Source: Pseudomonadota bacterium (GTDB lineage: Bacteria > Verrucomicrobiota > Verrucomicrobiia > Limisphaerales > SXTU01). Taken from it: a stretch of 64,000 bases of DNA. The position numbers and the translations under genes were made by a program. Positions 25,077 through 34,501 of this stretch are shown piece by piece; the first letter of the stretch is position 1; each line of letters starts with the position of its first letter. The notes beneath the pieces are model-generated. The model did not search any database. It saw nothing but the letters and a program-made list of their open reading frames with translations, and was not told where the DNA came from. The DNA is taken from NCBI GenBank assembly GCA_009922615.1, contig RFVF01000014.1:2188-66187 (forward strand), in the 5' to 3' direction.

Positions 25077-27512
25077 CTATTTACTCTGAAACACCGGGCT
25101 CTGCACGACTTCTTGAATGAGCGACTTGAAGCCGTAGTTGTGCCCGCGAAGTTTGCGGACGATTGCCTCCACCTCCGCCTTGTCGGCTTTCGTCGGGGCT
25201 GCGCCTGTGGAGTAGGCGAGCAGCTTTTCGGTCAGGCAGCGGACGAGCTGGTCTTTGTCGTCGAGCAGGAGCTTCTTGTATTCGTCAATGTCGCGGAAGC
25301 GCCGGCCGTCGGGCAGCGAGTCGCTCGGGTCCACGGCCGGGCCGGGGCGCACGCGGCGGCCCTGGCTGTCCTTTTGCCCGCCGTTGGTGAGCGCGCGGTA
25401 GTTTTCGCGCCAGCCGCCGATGACATCGAAGCTCTCCAAGGCAAAGCCCGGCGGGTCAATCTTGCGGTGGCAGCTCGCGCAAGACTCGACGCTGCGATGC
25501 TTCGCGAGTTGCTCGCGGATCGTCGTGGCTCCGCGAATGTCCGGCTCAATGGCCTCGACGTCCGCAGGCGGCTTCGGCGGCGGCGTGCCAAGGATGCGCT
25601 CCAGCACCCACGCGCCGCGGATGATGGGCGAGGTGGTCGTGCCGTTGGCGGTGACTTTCAGCACGCTGGCCATCGTGAGCACGCCGCCGCGATGGCTCCC
25701 CGGCGGCAACGTCACCCGGCGCATCTCCGTGCCCTCGATGCCCGGGATGCCGTAATGCCGCGCGAGGCGCGCGTTGACGAAGGTGAAGTCTGACGCGACG
25801 AAGTTCGCCACGCTCAGATCGTTCTTCAGCACTTCGTCGAAGAACAGCTTCGTCTCCTTGAGGCTCGCGGTCTTGAGTATGTCGTCATACTCGGGGTAGA
25901 GCGTGCGGTCGGGCATCGTGGCGTCGATGGCGCGGAGGCTCAACCACTGGCCGGTGAAGTTCTCGGTAAAGGCCCGCGCCTTCGGGTCGCGGAGCATCCG
26001 CTCGACTTGCTCGTGCAGCACGCCCGGCTCGCGGAGCTTGCGCGCCTCGGCGAGCTTGAACAGCGGCTCATCGGGCATCGAACTCCACAGGAAGTAGGCC
26101 AGCCGGCTGGCCAGCGCGAAGTCGTCGAGCTTCGTCGTGGCGGGTGCGCCTGCGGCGCTGGGCTTCTCGCGCAGAAAGAGAAAGTCCGGCGAGACGAGAA
26201 TGCCGCGCAGCCCGACGCGCATGGCTTCCTCGAAGGAATAATTCTGCTCGAGCCGCGACTTCACGCGCGCGAGGAACGGCTTGATGTCCTCCTCCGTGAC
26301 CGGACGACGGAACGCCCGGCGCGCGGAGTCGCGGAGGATGCGCTCCGCGTCGGCCAGCGGCTGCGAGGATTGAACCTCGAAGCGCTCCGGCGCGACGCGT
26401 TTCAACGGCAGGTCGCCGAAGATGGCCTTGTGGCTCGGCGGCGGCCACGACTCCATCAGCGGCCCCTCGATGTCCACCCACTGAATCACGAGGCCCGGGC
26501 CTTTGTATTTGTCCGCGCCGATTTTCTCGACCGCCGGCGGCAGCGCGGGCAGGCCCTCGGCGATGATGCGGATGCGGTTCTCCGGTTCGAGTTGCTCGGT
26601 GAACTCGATGACCGTCGGCTTGTCCGCCGGCACGGCGAAGTAATCAATGAGCCGTTCCTCGGTGACTTCCTTGAGCGTGCCGGCGGTGACGCGGAAGTTG
26701 ACCGGCTTGCCCTCGCTCTGAAACCCGTAGCCCGAGATTCGGAAGCGATACTTGCCGCGCACGTGGCTGCGGAAGTTCCACATCGTGACGCGGATGTTTG
26801 CCGACTCCCACGCGGCGAAGATGGCCACGCCGTCGTCCACGTGCCGATACACGCTGCCGGTGGGCTTGACGGACTTTTCCTCGCGGATGTCGAAGTGCTT
26901 CTTGAGCAGCCAGGACTGTGGCTTGTTGGCGATGGCCTCGTTCAACACGTGGTCCGCGGCGTCGAGATAGCTGCGGAGCAAATAAGACGACGTGTGCAGC
27001 AACTCAGCGCTGTTGTCGAAGCCGCTCGTGGACGTGTCCGGCGGCAGCAGGTCGGCCAAGTCCACTTCCACGCCGAGGAGGTCGCGCACGGTGTTGGCAT
27101 ACTCGGCGCGGTTGAGCCGACGCAACACGACGCGGCCGGCCGTGGCGCGATGCGCGAGTTCCGCCGCCTCGGTCCGTTCGCTGATCCATTTCACCGCGGA
27201 CTGAACCTCTGCTACAGGCGGACGTGGCTTGTCCTTCGGCGGCATGGCCCCGGTCTGGAGTTGCTCCAGCACGGCCAGCCACTGCTCGCGGGTTTTGCGG
27301 TCGGCGAAATTCTGACTGAGGTTATCGAGATCGAAGCCGCCCTTGGGTTTCGTCCCCGAGTGGCATTTCTGACAGTGCTGGGCGAAGAGGCGCTGCGCGG
27401 GATTGTCGGTGTTGGCCGACGGGGCTTCCGCTACGGACAATTCCAATGCATCGAATGCGACTCCAGCGACTACCAAAGCCAGCCACTGACGGCACGCAGA
27501 CCAGCAGTTCAT
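25077..27512 (-). CDS. PSCyt3 + DUF1587/DUF1592/DUF1595/DUF1588/DUF1585 family protein
   Basis: 811 aa. N-terminal CQKCHSGTKPKG, C-terminal CASCHRKIDPPGFALESFDVIGGWR (DUF1585-like), SPIIRGAWVLERILG (DUF1588-like). Confidence 0.9.
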   Translation of the reverse strand: MNCWSACRQWLALVVAGVAFDALELSVAEAPSANTDNPAQRLFAQHCQKCHSGTKPKGGFDLDNLSQNFADRKTREQWLAVLEQLQTGAMPPKDKPRPPVAEVQSAVKWISERTEAAELAHRATAGRVVLRRLNRAEYANTVRDLLGVEVDLADLLPPDTSTSGFDNSAELLHTSSYLLRSYLDAADHVLNEAIANKPQSWLLKKHFDIREEKSVKPTGSVYRHVDDGVAIFAAWESANIRVTMWNFRSHVRGKYRFRISGYGFQSEGKPVNFRVTAGTLKEVTEERLIDYFAVPADKPTVIEFTEQLEPENRIRIIAEGLPALPPAVEKIGADKYKGPGLVIQWVDIEGPLMESWPPPSHKAIFGDLPLKRVAPERFEVQSSQPLADAERILRDSARRAFRRPVTEEDIKPFLARVKSRLEQNYSFEEAMRVGLRGILVSPDFLFLREKPSAAGAPATTKLDDFALASRLAYFLWSSMPDEPLFKLAEARKLREPGVLHEQVERMLRDPKARAFTENFTGQWLSLRAIDATMPDRTLYPEYDDILKTASLKETKLFFDEVLKNDLSVANFVASDFTFVNARLARHYGIPGIEGTEMRRVTLPPGSHRGGVLTMASVLKVTANGTTTSPIIRGAWVLERILGTPPPKPPADVEAIEPDIRGATTIREQLAKHRSVESCASCHRKIDPPGFALESFDVIGGWRENYRALTNGGQKDSQGRRVRPGPAVDPSDSLPDGRRFRDIDEYKKLLLDDKDQLVRCLTEKLLAYSTGAAPTKADKAEVEAIVRKLRGHNYGFKSLIQEVVQSPVFQSK

Positions 27513-28918
27513 CCGAAGAGACCCATGACCGGTTTGCCCGAAGAGAAAGGCGGGCGAATGATTCCAGTATTTTTTCCGAGGTCGTTCAGCGGCACGCCCA
27601 ACGCGTGGAGGATGGTGGCGTGCAGGTCTTGCGGCGTGACCGGATTACTCTTGGGAGCGGAGCCGGTTTTGTCTGATTCGCCATAGACGGCACCGCCGCG
27701 AATGCCACAGCCGGCCACGATGGCGGAGAAGCACTGCGGCCAATGCTGACGACCCGGTGGCCCCTGCGTGAGGATGACTGGCGTGCGCCCGAACTCACCC
27801 ATCGCGACGACGAGGGTGTCGTTGAGCATCCCGCGTTCCTTGAGGTCGGTGAGCAGGGCGGAAAGTCCTTGGTCGAGCCGCGGCAGGCAGAAGCCCATGC
27901 CATAGGAACCAGTGCTGAAAGCGTTGCCCATGCCCATGTTGCCGCCGTGCATATCCCAACTGGAGCTGGGCGGCCCACCACCGGCCTCGCCCGGCGCGGG
28001 GCCGACCCAACCGTTGACGGTCACGAAGCGCACGCCCGCCTCGACCATGCGCCGCGCGAGCAGCAAGTTCTGGCCGAGCGGGTGCATGCCGTAACGTTCG
28101 CGGACGGACACGGGCTCTTGCTTCAAGTCAAAGGCCGCGCGGCCTTCCGGCCGGGTCATCGCGTCGTAGGCGAGTTCGCGCAATTCGCCCCAGTCCTTGC
28201 CGCCGGCATCGTGCGAGAGCCGGTCGGACTCGAGGGCGTCGAGCAGTTTGCGGCGTTCCTGCATGCGGGCGGGGTCGCCCATTTCATAAATCTCCGGCAG
28301 CTTGAATTTCGGCATCGCCGGATGGTTGTCTGCCGAGCCAATGAACACTGGTGCGTAACTCGATCCGAGGTAGCCGCCGGAGCCGATGTTCGGCGCGCAG
28401 AAGACCGGCGCGCCCACGCACTTGATGAGCCAGGCGTTGGTGAGCAGGTTGCGCTCGTTCGAGAGGTGCTTGGCCACGACAGAGCCGATGTAGGGCAGGT
28501 CGTCTGGCACGCCTTCACGCACGCGCTCGACGACTTGTCCGCTCAACAAGTTGTGCATGGCGTCGAAGTGGTTGTTGATCGGGCGCGGATGCGTCATCGA
28601 GCGAATCAGGCAGAACTGATCCGTGACCTGCGCGAGCTTGGGGTGCAACTCGCTCAACTGCATGCCCGGCACCTTGGTGCGAATGGGTTTGTAGGGGCCG
28701 CGAATCTCGGACGGGGCGTCCGGCTTCAAGTCCCAAGTGTCGATGTGGCTCGGGCCGCCGCACAGGAGCACGAAGATGCAGCATTTCTTCGAGGCGACGG
28801 CCTTGCCGGTGGCATCAAATTTGTCCTTGCCGACGACCAAACCCGGGACGGCCAGGTTCAACAGACCGACGCCGCCCGCCTGGACAAAACGGCGGCGGGA
28901 AAGTTTGGGAAGTTTCAT
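27509..28918 (-). CDS. DUF1501 domain protein (Tat-exported)
   Basis: Track start 28936 is TTG. The ATG at 28918 gives MKLPKLSRRRFVQAGGVGLL. Contains GEFGRTP...GRQHWP signature. TGA overlaps the ATG of the DUF1592-family gene (27509-27512). Confidence 0.9.
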   Translation of the reverse strand: MKLPKLSRRRFVQAGGVGLLNLAVPGLVVGKDKFDATGKAVASKKCCIFVLLCGGPSHIDTWDLKPDAPSEIRGPYKPIRTKVPGMQLSELHPKLAQVTDQFCLIRSMTHPRPINNHFDAMHNLLSGQVVERVREGVPDDLPYIGSVVAKHLSNERNLLTNAWLIKCVGAPVFCAPNIGSGGYLGSSYAPVFIGSADNHPAMPKFKLPEIYEMGDPARMQERRKLLDALESDRLSHDAGGKDWGELRELAYDAMTRPEGRAAFDLKQEPVSVRERYGMHPLGQNLLLARRMVEAGVRFVTVNGWVGPAPGEAGGGPPSSSWDMHGGNMGMGNAFSTGSYGMGFCLPRLDQGLSALLTDLKERGMLNDTLVVAMGEFGRTPVILTQGPPGRQHWPQCFSAIVAGCGIRGGAVYGESDKTGSAPKSNPVTPQDLHATILHALGVPLNDLGKNTGIIRPPFSSGKPVMGLFG

Positions 28919-29093
28919 GACAATATGGGCTGGCAATGAAATGACGTGCTACAGCCGGGAGCCTACCTCCAACTCGTCGCGTGGCAATGAGAATACTGCT
29001 GGTGCAGATCATGAGTTTTCCCGGTTAACCGGCGGCCCAGTGGTTTGCCAGCGTCACAACCTAGTTGCGTTGCTCGGGAAACTGCCTCTCGAT

Positions 29094-30206
29094 ATGGCCA
29101 CGCGTTTTATGACCCGACGTAATTTCATCCAGGGCGGCGTGGCGGCGGGCTTGAGCTCGTCAGCGTTGGCGGCGGTGCGCGCCGAGCGGTTGGACAAAGC
29201 CGTCAACGTGCTGACGCGCGCGACTGCGGACGGCCGGGTCGCCGCCGCTGTGTTGCGCGTGGCGCAGCGGGAGACAACGTTCACTCGGGCGTTTGGGACG
29301 GCGCAGAACGAACACGCGATGTTTCTTCTGGGCTCGATTTCCAAGCCGGTCGCGGTCACGGCGCTCATGACGCTGTTCGATCGGGGCGCGTTCAAGCTGG
29401 CCGACCCGGTAAATAAATTCCTCCCGCAGTTCAAGGGCGATCATCGCGAACAGGTCACGATGCGGCACTTGCTGACGCACGTTTCGGGATTGCCTGACCA
29501 GCTTTCAGAGAACGCTGCGCTGCGCCGCCGTCACGCGCCGCTGGCGGAGTTTGTCGAGCACGCGGTCCGCACGCCGCTGCAATTTGCCCCCGGCACGAAG
29601 TATCAGTATTCCAGCATGGCGATCCTGCTGGCAACGCATGTGGCAGAACTCATCAGCGGGACGAACATCCTGGCGCTCGTGGAACGCACGGTCTTGCAGC
29701 CGCTCCAGATGAAGCACTCGGCGCAAGGGTTGGGGCAGTTCAAGCTGGAAGACATGGTGCCGTGTCAAACCGAGCGGGCGGCACCGGAAGCGGGCGGTGG
29801 TGATTCCACCGCGAAGGATTGGGACTGGAATAGTCCTTACTGGCGCAAGCTCGGCGCACCGTGGGGCGGCACGCACGCTTCCGCGCCGGATGTCGCGAAA
29901 TTTCTGGCTGAGTTTCTGAACGAGACGGGCGCGGCGGTCAAACCGGAGACCGCCCGGCTGATGGTGCAGAATCACAATCTCCCCGGCCTGACTCCGCGTG
30001 GTCTCGCACTGAATGTGGGCGCGGCGGCGGGCAGTCCCGGTTGCTCGGAGAAAACCTTTGGACACACCGGTTCAACCGGGACACTGGCCTGGGCCGACCC
30101 GGCCACACACACGATTTGTGTCGTGCTGACCTCGCTTCCGGCGCGAGCCGTGACACCTCATCCGCGCGATGTCGCGGCCAGCGCCGTCGCCGGTTCCGAG
30201 CGTTAG
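29094..30206 (+). CDS. Serine hydrolase, beta-lactamase/PBP family (Tat signal)
   Basis: The track ORF 28737.. overlaps DUF1501. The ATG at 29094 gives MATRFMTRRNFIQGGVAAGLSS. Active-site SxxK motif GSISKPV. Confidence 0.85.
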   Translation: MATRFMTRRNFIQGGVAAGLSSSALAAVRAERLDKAVNVLTRATADGRVAAAVLRVAQRETTFTRAFGTAQNEHAMFLLGSISKPVAVTALMTLFDRGAFKLADPVNKFLPQFKGDHREQVTMRHLLTHVSGLPDQLSENAALRRRHAPLAEFVEHAVRTPLQFAPGTKYQYSSMAILLATHVAELISGTNILALVERTVLQPLQMKHSAQGLGQFKLEDMVPCQTERAAPEAGGGDSTAKDWDWNSPYWRKLGAPWGGTHASAPDVAKFLAEFLNETGAAVKPETARLMVQNHNLPGLTPRGLALNVGAAAGSPGCSEKTFGHTGSTGTLAWADPATHTICVVLTSLPARAVTPHPRDVAASAVAGSER

Positions 30207-30324
30207 TTGGTTCGCGTGTGCGAGGCTTTTTGGCTGCCGGATGTCGTTGAGCGCGGCGAAGGTTCCGCGAACTCTGGACCATCGAAGGACAGGAGACAGC
30301 TTGCCGGTTCGGCCGAGTTCACTC

Positions 30325-32769
30325 ATGCTTCCTGGCATGCCGTTCAGTTTACGCACTGGTTCAATCGCGCTGTTCGCCGGTGTCTCCGTGGCCGCCGCCG
30401 CCGCGCCGGGCAAAGTAGATTTCTCCCACCAAATAGTGCCCATCCTCCGCGAGCACTGCGGCGAGTGCCACACGGGCGACAAGAAAAAGGGCAGCTTCAG
30501 CTTGAACGACCGCGCGTCGTTGCTCGCGGGCGGCGAGAGCGGCAAGGCTGTCCTCCCCGGCAACGCGGCGAAGTCCCCGCTCATCACCGCCATCACAAGT
30601 AAAGACCCCGACAAGCAGATGCCGCCCAAAGGGGCACGCCTGTCACCGGAGAAGGTGAAGCTGCTGCGTGAGTGGATCGACGCGGGTGCGCCGTGGGAGG
30701 AAGGCTTCGCGTTCAAGCGCCCTGCATACGAGCCGCCGCTCAAGCCGCGCCGGCCCGCGCTGCCGCCCATCGTCGGGGGCCGCAGCAACCCGATTGACCG
30801 CATCCTCGACGCCGACCTCGCCAAGCGCAAAGCCCCGACGCCCAAGCCCGTTGACGACGCTACCTTCGCCCGCCGCGCGCACTTGGACCTCGTCGGCCTT
30901 TTGCCGGAGCCGGAGGCGCTGGCGACATTTCTTGAGGACAAGTCGCCGGACAAGCGCGCCAAGCTCGTGCGTGACTTGCTCGCCAACGACACTGCCTACG
31001 CTGAGCATTGGCTGACGTTTTGGAACGACCTGCTCCGCAATGACTACTCCGGCACCGGCTTCATCACCGGCGGCCGCAAGCAAATCACCAAGTGGCTCTA
31101 CCGCGCGCTGGTCGAGAACCGGCCCTACGACCAGTTTGCGCGCGAGCTCATCGCCTACACTCCTGAAAGCGAAGGCTTCGCCGCCGGCATCAAGTGGCGC
31201 GGCGATGTGAGCGCGGGCGCGACCACGGAGATTCAGTTCGCGCAGTCCGTCGGGCAGAGCTTCCTCGGTATCAACCTCAAATGCGCGTCGTGCCACGACA
31301 GTTTCATCGACCGTTGGAAGTTGGAAGAGTCCTACGGGCTCGCTGCGATTTACGCGACCGGCAAGATGGAGATTCACCGTTGTGATAAGCCCGTAGGCAA
31401 GACCGCGACGGCGAGCTGGCTTTTCCCCGAGCTGGGCCAGGTGGACGCGAAAGCGCCGCAGCCCGAGCGCCTCAAGCAACTCGCAGCGCTGATGACGCAC
31501 CCGGAGAACGGCCGGTTCACGCGCACCATCGTCAACCGTCTCTGGCACCGGCTCATGGGCCGCGGCATCGTGCATCCCACCGACGCGATGCAGACGGAGC
31601 CTTGGAATCACGACTTGCTCGACTTCCTCGCCTCGCATCTCGCGGAGAACAAGTTCGACTTGAAGAAGACGCTCGAACTCATCGCCACCTCCGCCGCCTA
31701 CCAGTCGCACGCACAAGTCGTCGGCAAGGACACGGACGAACACGGCTACACCTACGCCGGCCCGCGCGCCAAACGCCTCACCGCCGAGCAGTTCGTGGAC
31801 GCCGTCTGGCAAGTCACCGGCACCGCACCGACGCGCTTCGACGCGCAGGTCGTGCGCGGCAAGGCCAGCGACGCCGCCGTCGCCGCGATGACGCTTTCGG
31901 CCAAGTGGATTTGGGGCCACGCCGACGCGGGTAACGCGAAGGCCGGCGAGACCTTCACCACGCGCAAGAAGTTCACTCTCAAGGCCGCGCCCGTGCGGGC
32001 CGGCGCGGTGGCCACGGCGGACAACGAGTTCAAACTCTACGTCAACGGCGCGCTCGTCGCGTCCGGTGACAACTGGGAAAACCCCGAGGCCATCGCGCTC
32101 GAATCCAAACTGAAGGCCGGCGCGAACGACTTCGTGCTCGTCGCGAAAAACGGCGGCACCGCGCCCAACCCAGCCGGCGTGATCTTCGAGGCGCGCATCA
32201 AGTTCGCCGACGGCTCTACTGAAACTATCGCGACTGACGCGACGTGGGAGACACTCAAGTCGCCGCCCGATGCGAAGGGCAAGTTCAAGGGCGAACCCGC
32301 CACTGCCGCCGGCAACGCCGTCGAGGTCGCCAACTCGTCCTTGTGGAACGCGCGGGTTGGCAAACAGCTCGCCACCCAGCTCGCTCAAGCCGCGACCAGC
32401 GCACAACCGATGGTCCGCGCGGCCCTGCTGAAAAATGATTTCCTCATGCGCGCGCTGGGTCGGCCGCACCGCGAGCAAATTGTCAGCGTGCGGCCCACGG
32501 AACTGAACACGCTCGAAGCCATCGATCTCAACAACGGCCAGACCCTCGCCACGCGGCTGGAGCAGGGCGCGTCGCGAATCCTAGCGAAGCCGTGGGCCAG
32601 CAACGACGCGCTGACGCAGTGGCTCTATCAGTTCGCCCTCGCGCGTCCACCCACCACGGCCGAACTCGCCCTCGCGCGCGAAGTTCTCGGCGAGAAGCCG
32701 ACGGCGCAAAGCGTGCAGGATTTGCTCTGGGCCGTGCTGATGTTGCCGGAATTCCAGTTGGTGCGTTGA
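30325..32769 (+). CDS. PSCyt1 + DUF1549 + DUF1553 protein with an inserted beta-sandwich module
   Basis: ORF opens at 30169, overlapping the previous gene. The ATG at 30325 (or 30337) precedes the signal FSLRTGSIALFAGVSVAAAAAP. Contains CGECHTGDKKKG, NPIDRIL and a DUF1553 C-terminus. Confidence 0.9.
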   Translation: MLPGMPFSLRTGSIALFAGVSVAAAAAPGKVDFSHQIVPILREHCGECHTGDKKKGSFSLNDRASLLAGGESGKAVLPGNAAKSPLITAITSKDPDKQMPPKGARLSPEKVKLLREWIDAGAPWEEGFAFKRPAYEPPLKPRRPALPPIVGGRSNPIDRILDADLAKRKAPTPKPVDDATFARRAHLDLVGLLPEPEALATFLEDKSPDKRAKLVRDLLANDTAYAEHWLTFWNDLLRNDYSGTGFITGGRKQITKWLYRALVENRPYDQFARELIAYTPESEGFAAGIKWRGDVSAGATTEIQFAQSVGQSFLGINLKCASCHDSFIDRWKLEESYGLAAIYATGKMEIHRCDKPVGKTATASWLFPELGQVDAKAPQPERLKQLAALMTHPENGRFTRTIVNRLWHRLMGRGIVHPTDAMQTEPWNHDLLDFLASHLAENKFDLKKTLELIATSAAYQSHAQVVGKDTDEHGYTYAGPRAKRLTAEQFVDAVWQVTGTAPTRFDAQVVRGKASDAAVAAMTLSAKWIWGHADAGNAKAGETFTTRKKFTLKAAPVRAGAVATADNEFKLYVNGALVASGDNWENPEAIALESKLKAGANDFVLVAKNGGTAPNPAGVIFEARIKFADGSTETIATDATWETLKSPPDAKGKFKGEPATAAGNAVEVANSSLWNARVGKQLATQLAQAATSAQPMVRAALLKNDFLMRALGRPHREQIVSVRPTELNTLEAIDLNNGQTLATRLEQGASRILAKPWASNDALTQWLYQFALARPPTTAELALAREVLGEKPTAQSVQDLLWAVLMLPEFQLVR

Positions 32770-32937
32770 GAGCTTTTCCCCTGTGCCGGGCCGGCTGGAT
32801 GCTCAATACGACCGCGGCAAACCTCGAAACTTAGCGCGCGGACCCTACGGTGACTGTGAAACCGGGGCATCCCCAATTCTCGCATTTGGCTCGCGAGCAA
32901 GTCCGATCGCCATCAACGATCAGTTCGCGAACCATGA

Positions 32938-32990
32938 ATCGCCTAAAGGATCGCCTAAAGGATCGCGCGATCAATTCACGCTTAGGCGAA
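32938..32990. repeat. Two direct 12-mers ATCGCCTAAAGG plus an inverted partial copy overlapping the DUF1501 stop codon
   Basis: 32938-32949 and 32950-32961 are identical. CTTAGGCGAA at 32981-32990 is the inverted copy. Located in a convergent intergenic region. Confidence 0.7.
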
Positions 32991-34376
32991 TAACTCGTCC
33001 ACCGGGTTGCCGCTGGGGAGGATGGGGACGGGACGGCCTTGGTGGTCCTCGTAGGACTTGGTGGCGTCGATGCCGAGGTGACGATACATCGTGGCGAGCA
33101 CGTCCTGGGCGGTCTTGGGATTGTCGGCGGGGTAGGCACCCTGCTTGTCCGAGGAGCCGACGACGCGGCCACCCTTGATGCCACCTCCAGCAACGGCGGC
33201 GCTGAAAACGTTCGGGTAGTGGTCGCGTCCACCGGTGGAGTTAACCCGTGGCGTGCGGCCGAACTCACCCCAGGCGATGACCATGGTGTTCTCTAACATG
33301 CCGCGTTGGTCGAGGTCTTCGATGAGCGCGGTGTAGGCGCGGTCCCAGCGCGGGAGGAAGCCATCGCGCATGGTTTCGTAGCCCTTCACGTGAGTGTCCC
33401 ACCAACGGAGGTCCACCGTGACGAGGCGCACGCCAGCTTCGACGAGACGGCGGGCGAGAAGCATGCGTTGGCTCCACGCGGGCACGCCGCAGCGATCGGG
33501 CGTGGGCGCGACATATTCAGGCATGAACCCATAACGCTCGCGGAGGGAGGTTGGCTCGGCGTCGAGGTCGAAGGCCGCGCGAGCATCAGGTCCACCGACG
33601 ATGTCCCAGGCTTTTTGTTGGAAGCTGTCCATCGCGCCCATGATGCCGGAGGAGTCCACATCGCGTCGGATTTGGTCGAAGCTGCCGAGGAGCTTGCGGC
33701 GTTCGTCGAGACGGTCAAAGGAGATGCCTTCGACGGGGGTAAAGTTCGGGATAGAGAAGGGGCCGGGCTTGGCAGGGTCAGCTTCGGTGGCGAAGGCGGC
33801 GTATTTCGCGCCGAGATACGCGGGGCCTGTGCCGGGGCAGTTGCGGGGAATGACAACGTAAGCGGGGAGCTTGGGGTTTTGATGACCGAGTTCCTTCGCA
33901 ACGATGGAGCCGCAACTGGGGTAGGCGTTGATTTCCAGATTCTGCGCGGGCGTCGGCGGGTAGCCGGTGAACATGATCTGGTCGCCAGCGGAGTGGCCCG
34001 CGTCGTTGTGATGCAGGCTGCGGATGATGGAATACTTGTGCTGAATCTTCGCCGACATCGGCAGGAGGTCGCAGATCTGGATGCCGGGGACGCTCGTGCT
34101 CATCGCGCCGAACGCGCCACGATAGTCCTGCGGAGCATCGGGCTTCGGATCCCACGTCTCGTGCTGGCTGGGGCCGCCGCGCATCCAGAGGATGATGACG
34201 GATTTGTCGCGCGAGGTTTTGCCGCCAGCGGCTTTGGCCTGCGCCTCCATGCGGAGGAGGTTCGACAGGGAGAGCCCGGCAAAGCCCAGGAAGCCCGCGC
34301 GCAGGAAGCCCCGCCGGTCAGCGCGGAGGAGGCGGCGAAACTCAGGGCATCCGATGTGTTCAGGGCGGAGATTCAT
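32982..34376 (-). CDS. DUF1501 domain protein (Tat-exported)
   Basis: 464 aa. DRRGFLRAGFLGFAGLSL. WGEFGRTPRVNSTGGRDHYP. Confidence 0.9.
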   Translation of the reverse strand: MNLRPEHIGCPEFRRLLRADRRGFLRAGFLGFAGLSLSNLLRMEAQAKAAGGKTSRDKSVIILWMRGGPSQHETWDPKPDAPQDYRGAFGAMSTSVPGIQICDLLPMSAKIQHKYSIIRSLHHNDAGHSAGDQIMFTGYPPTPAQNLEINAYPSCGSIVAKELGHQNPKLPAYVVIPRNCPGTGPAYLGAKYAAFATEADPAKPGPFSIPNFTPVEGISFDRLDERRKLLGSFDQIRRDVDSSGIMGAMDSFQQKAWDIVGGPDARAAFDLDAEPTSLRERYGFMPEYVAPTPDRCGVPAWSQRMLLARRLVEAGVRLVTVDLRWWDTHVKGYETMRDGFLPRWDRAYTALIEDLDQRGMLENTMVIAWGEFGRTPRVNSTGGRDHYPNVFSAAVAGGGIKGGRVVGSSDKQGAYPADNPKTAQDVLATMYRHLGIDATKSYEDHQGRPVPILPSGNPVDELFA

Positions 34377-34501
34377 GCGGCTTTTTTGCTGTAGGTCTGA
34401 TGGTCAGGGAGGAAGGTGAATTCAAGCGATTTTCTGGCCGACCAAACCAGGGCGTGGGTTTTGGGATTGAGCCGGGAAATGCGATGTTTTAGCTTCCGCG
34501 A

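Noticed and set aside
28737-30206. 489-aa version of the beta-lactamase-fold ORF, and the 30169 start of the DUF1553 gene
   Set aside because: The extensions overlap neighbouring genes and precede clear Tat or Sec signal peptides. Internal ATGs at 29094 and 30325 were preferred.
30643-32478. 611-aa minus-strand ORF; likewise 26007..27686 (+), 27743..28939 (+), 2881..4281 (+), 4868..6163 (+), 5136..6773 (-)
   Set aside because: They lie opposite to, or out of frame with, well-supported DUF1553, DUF1592 and DUF1501 genes. Their Arg/Gly/Ala-rich translations have no signatures.
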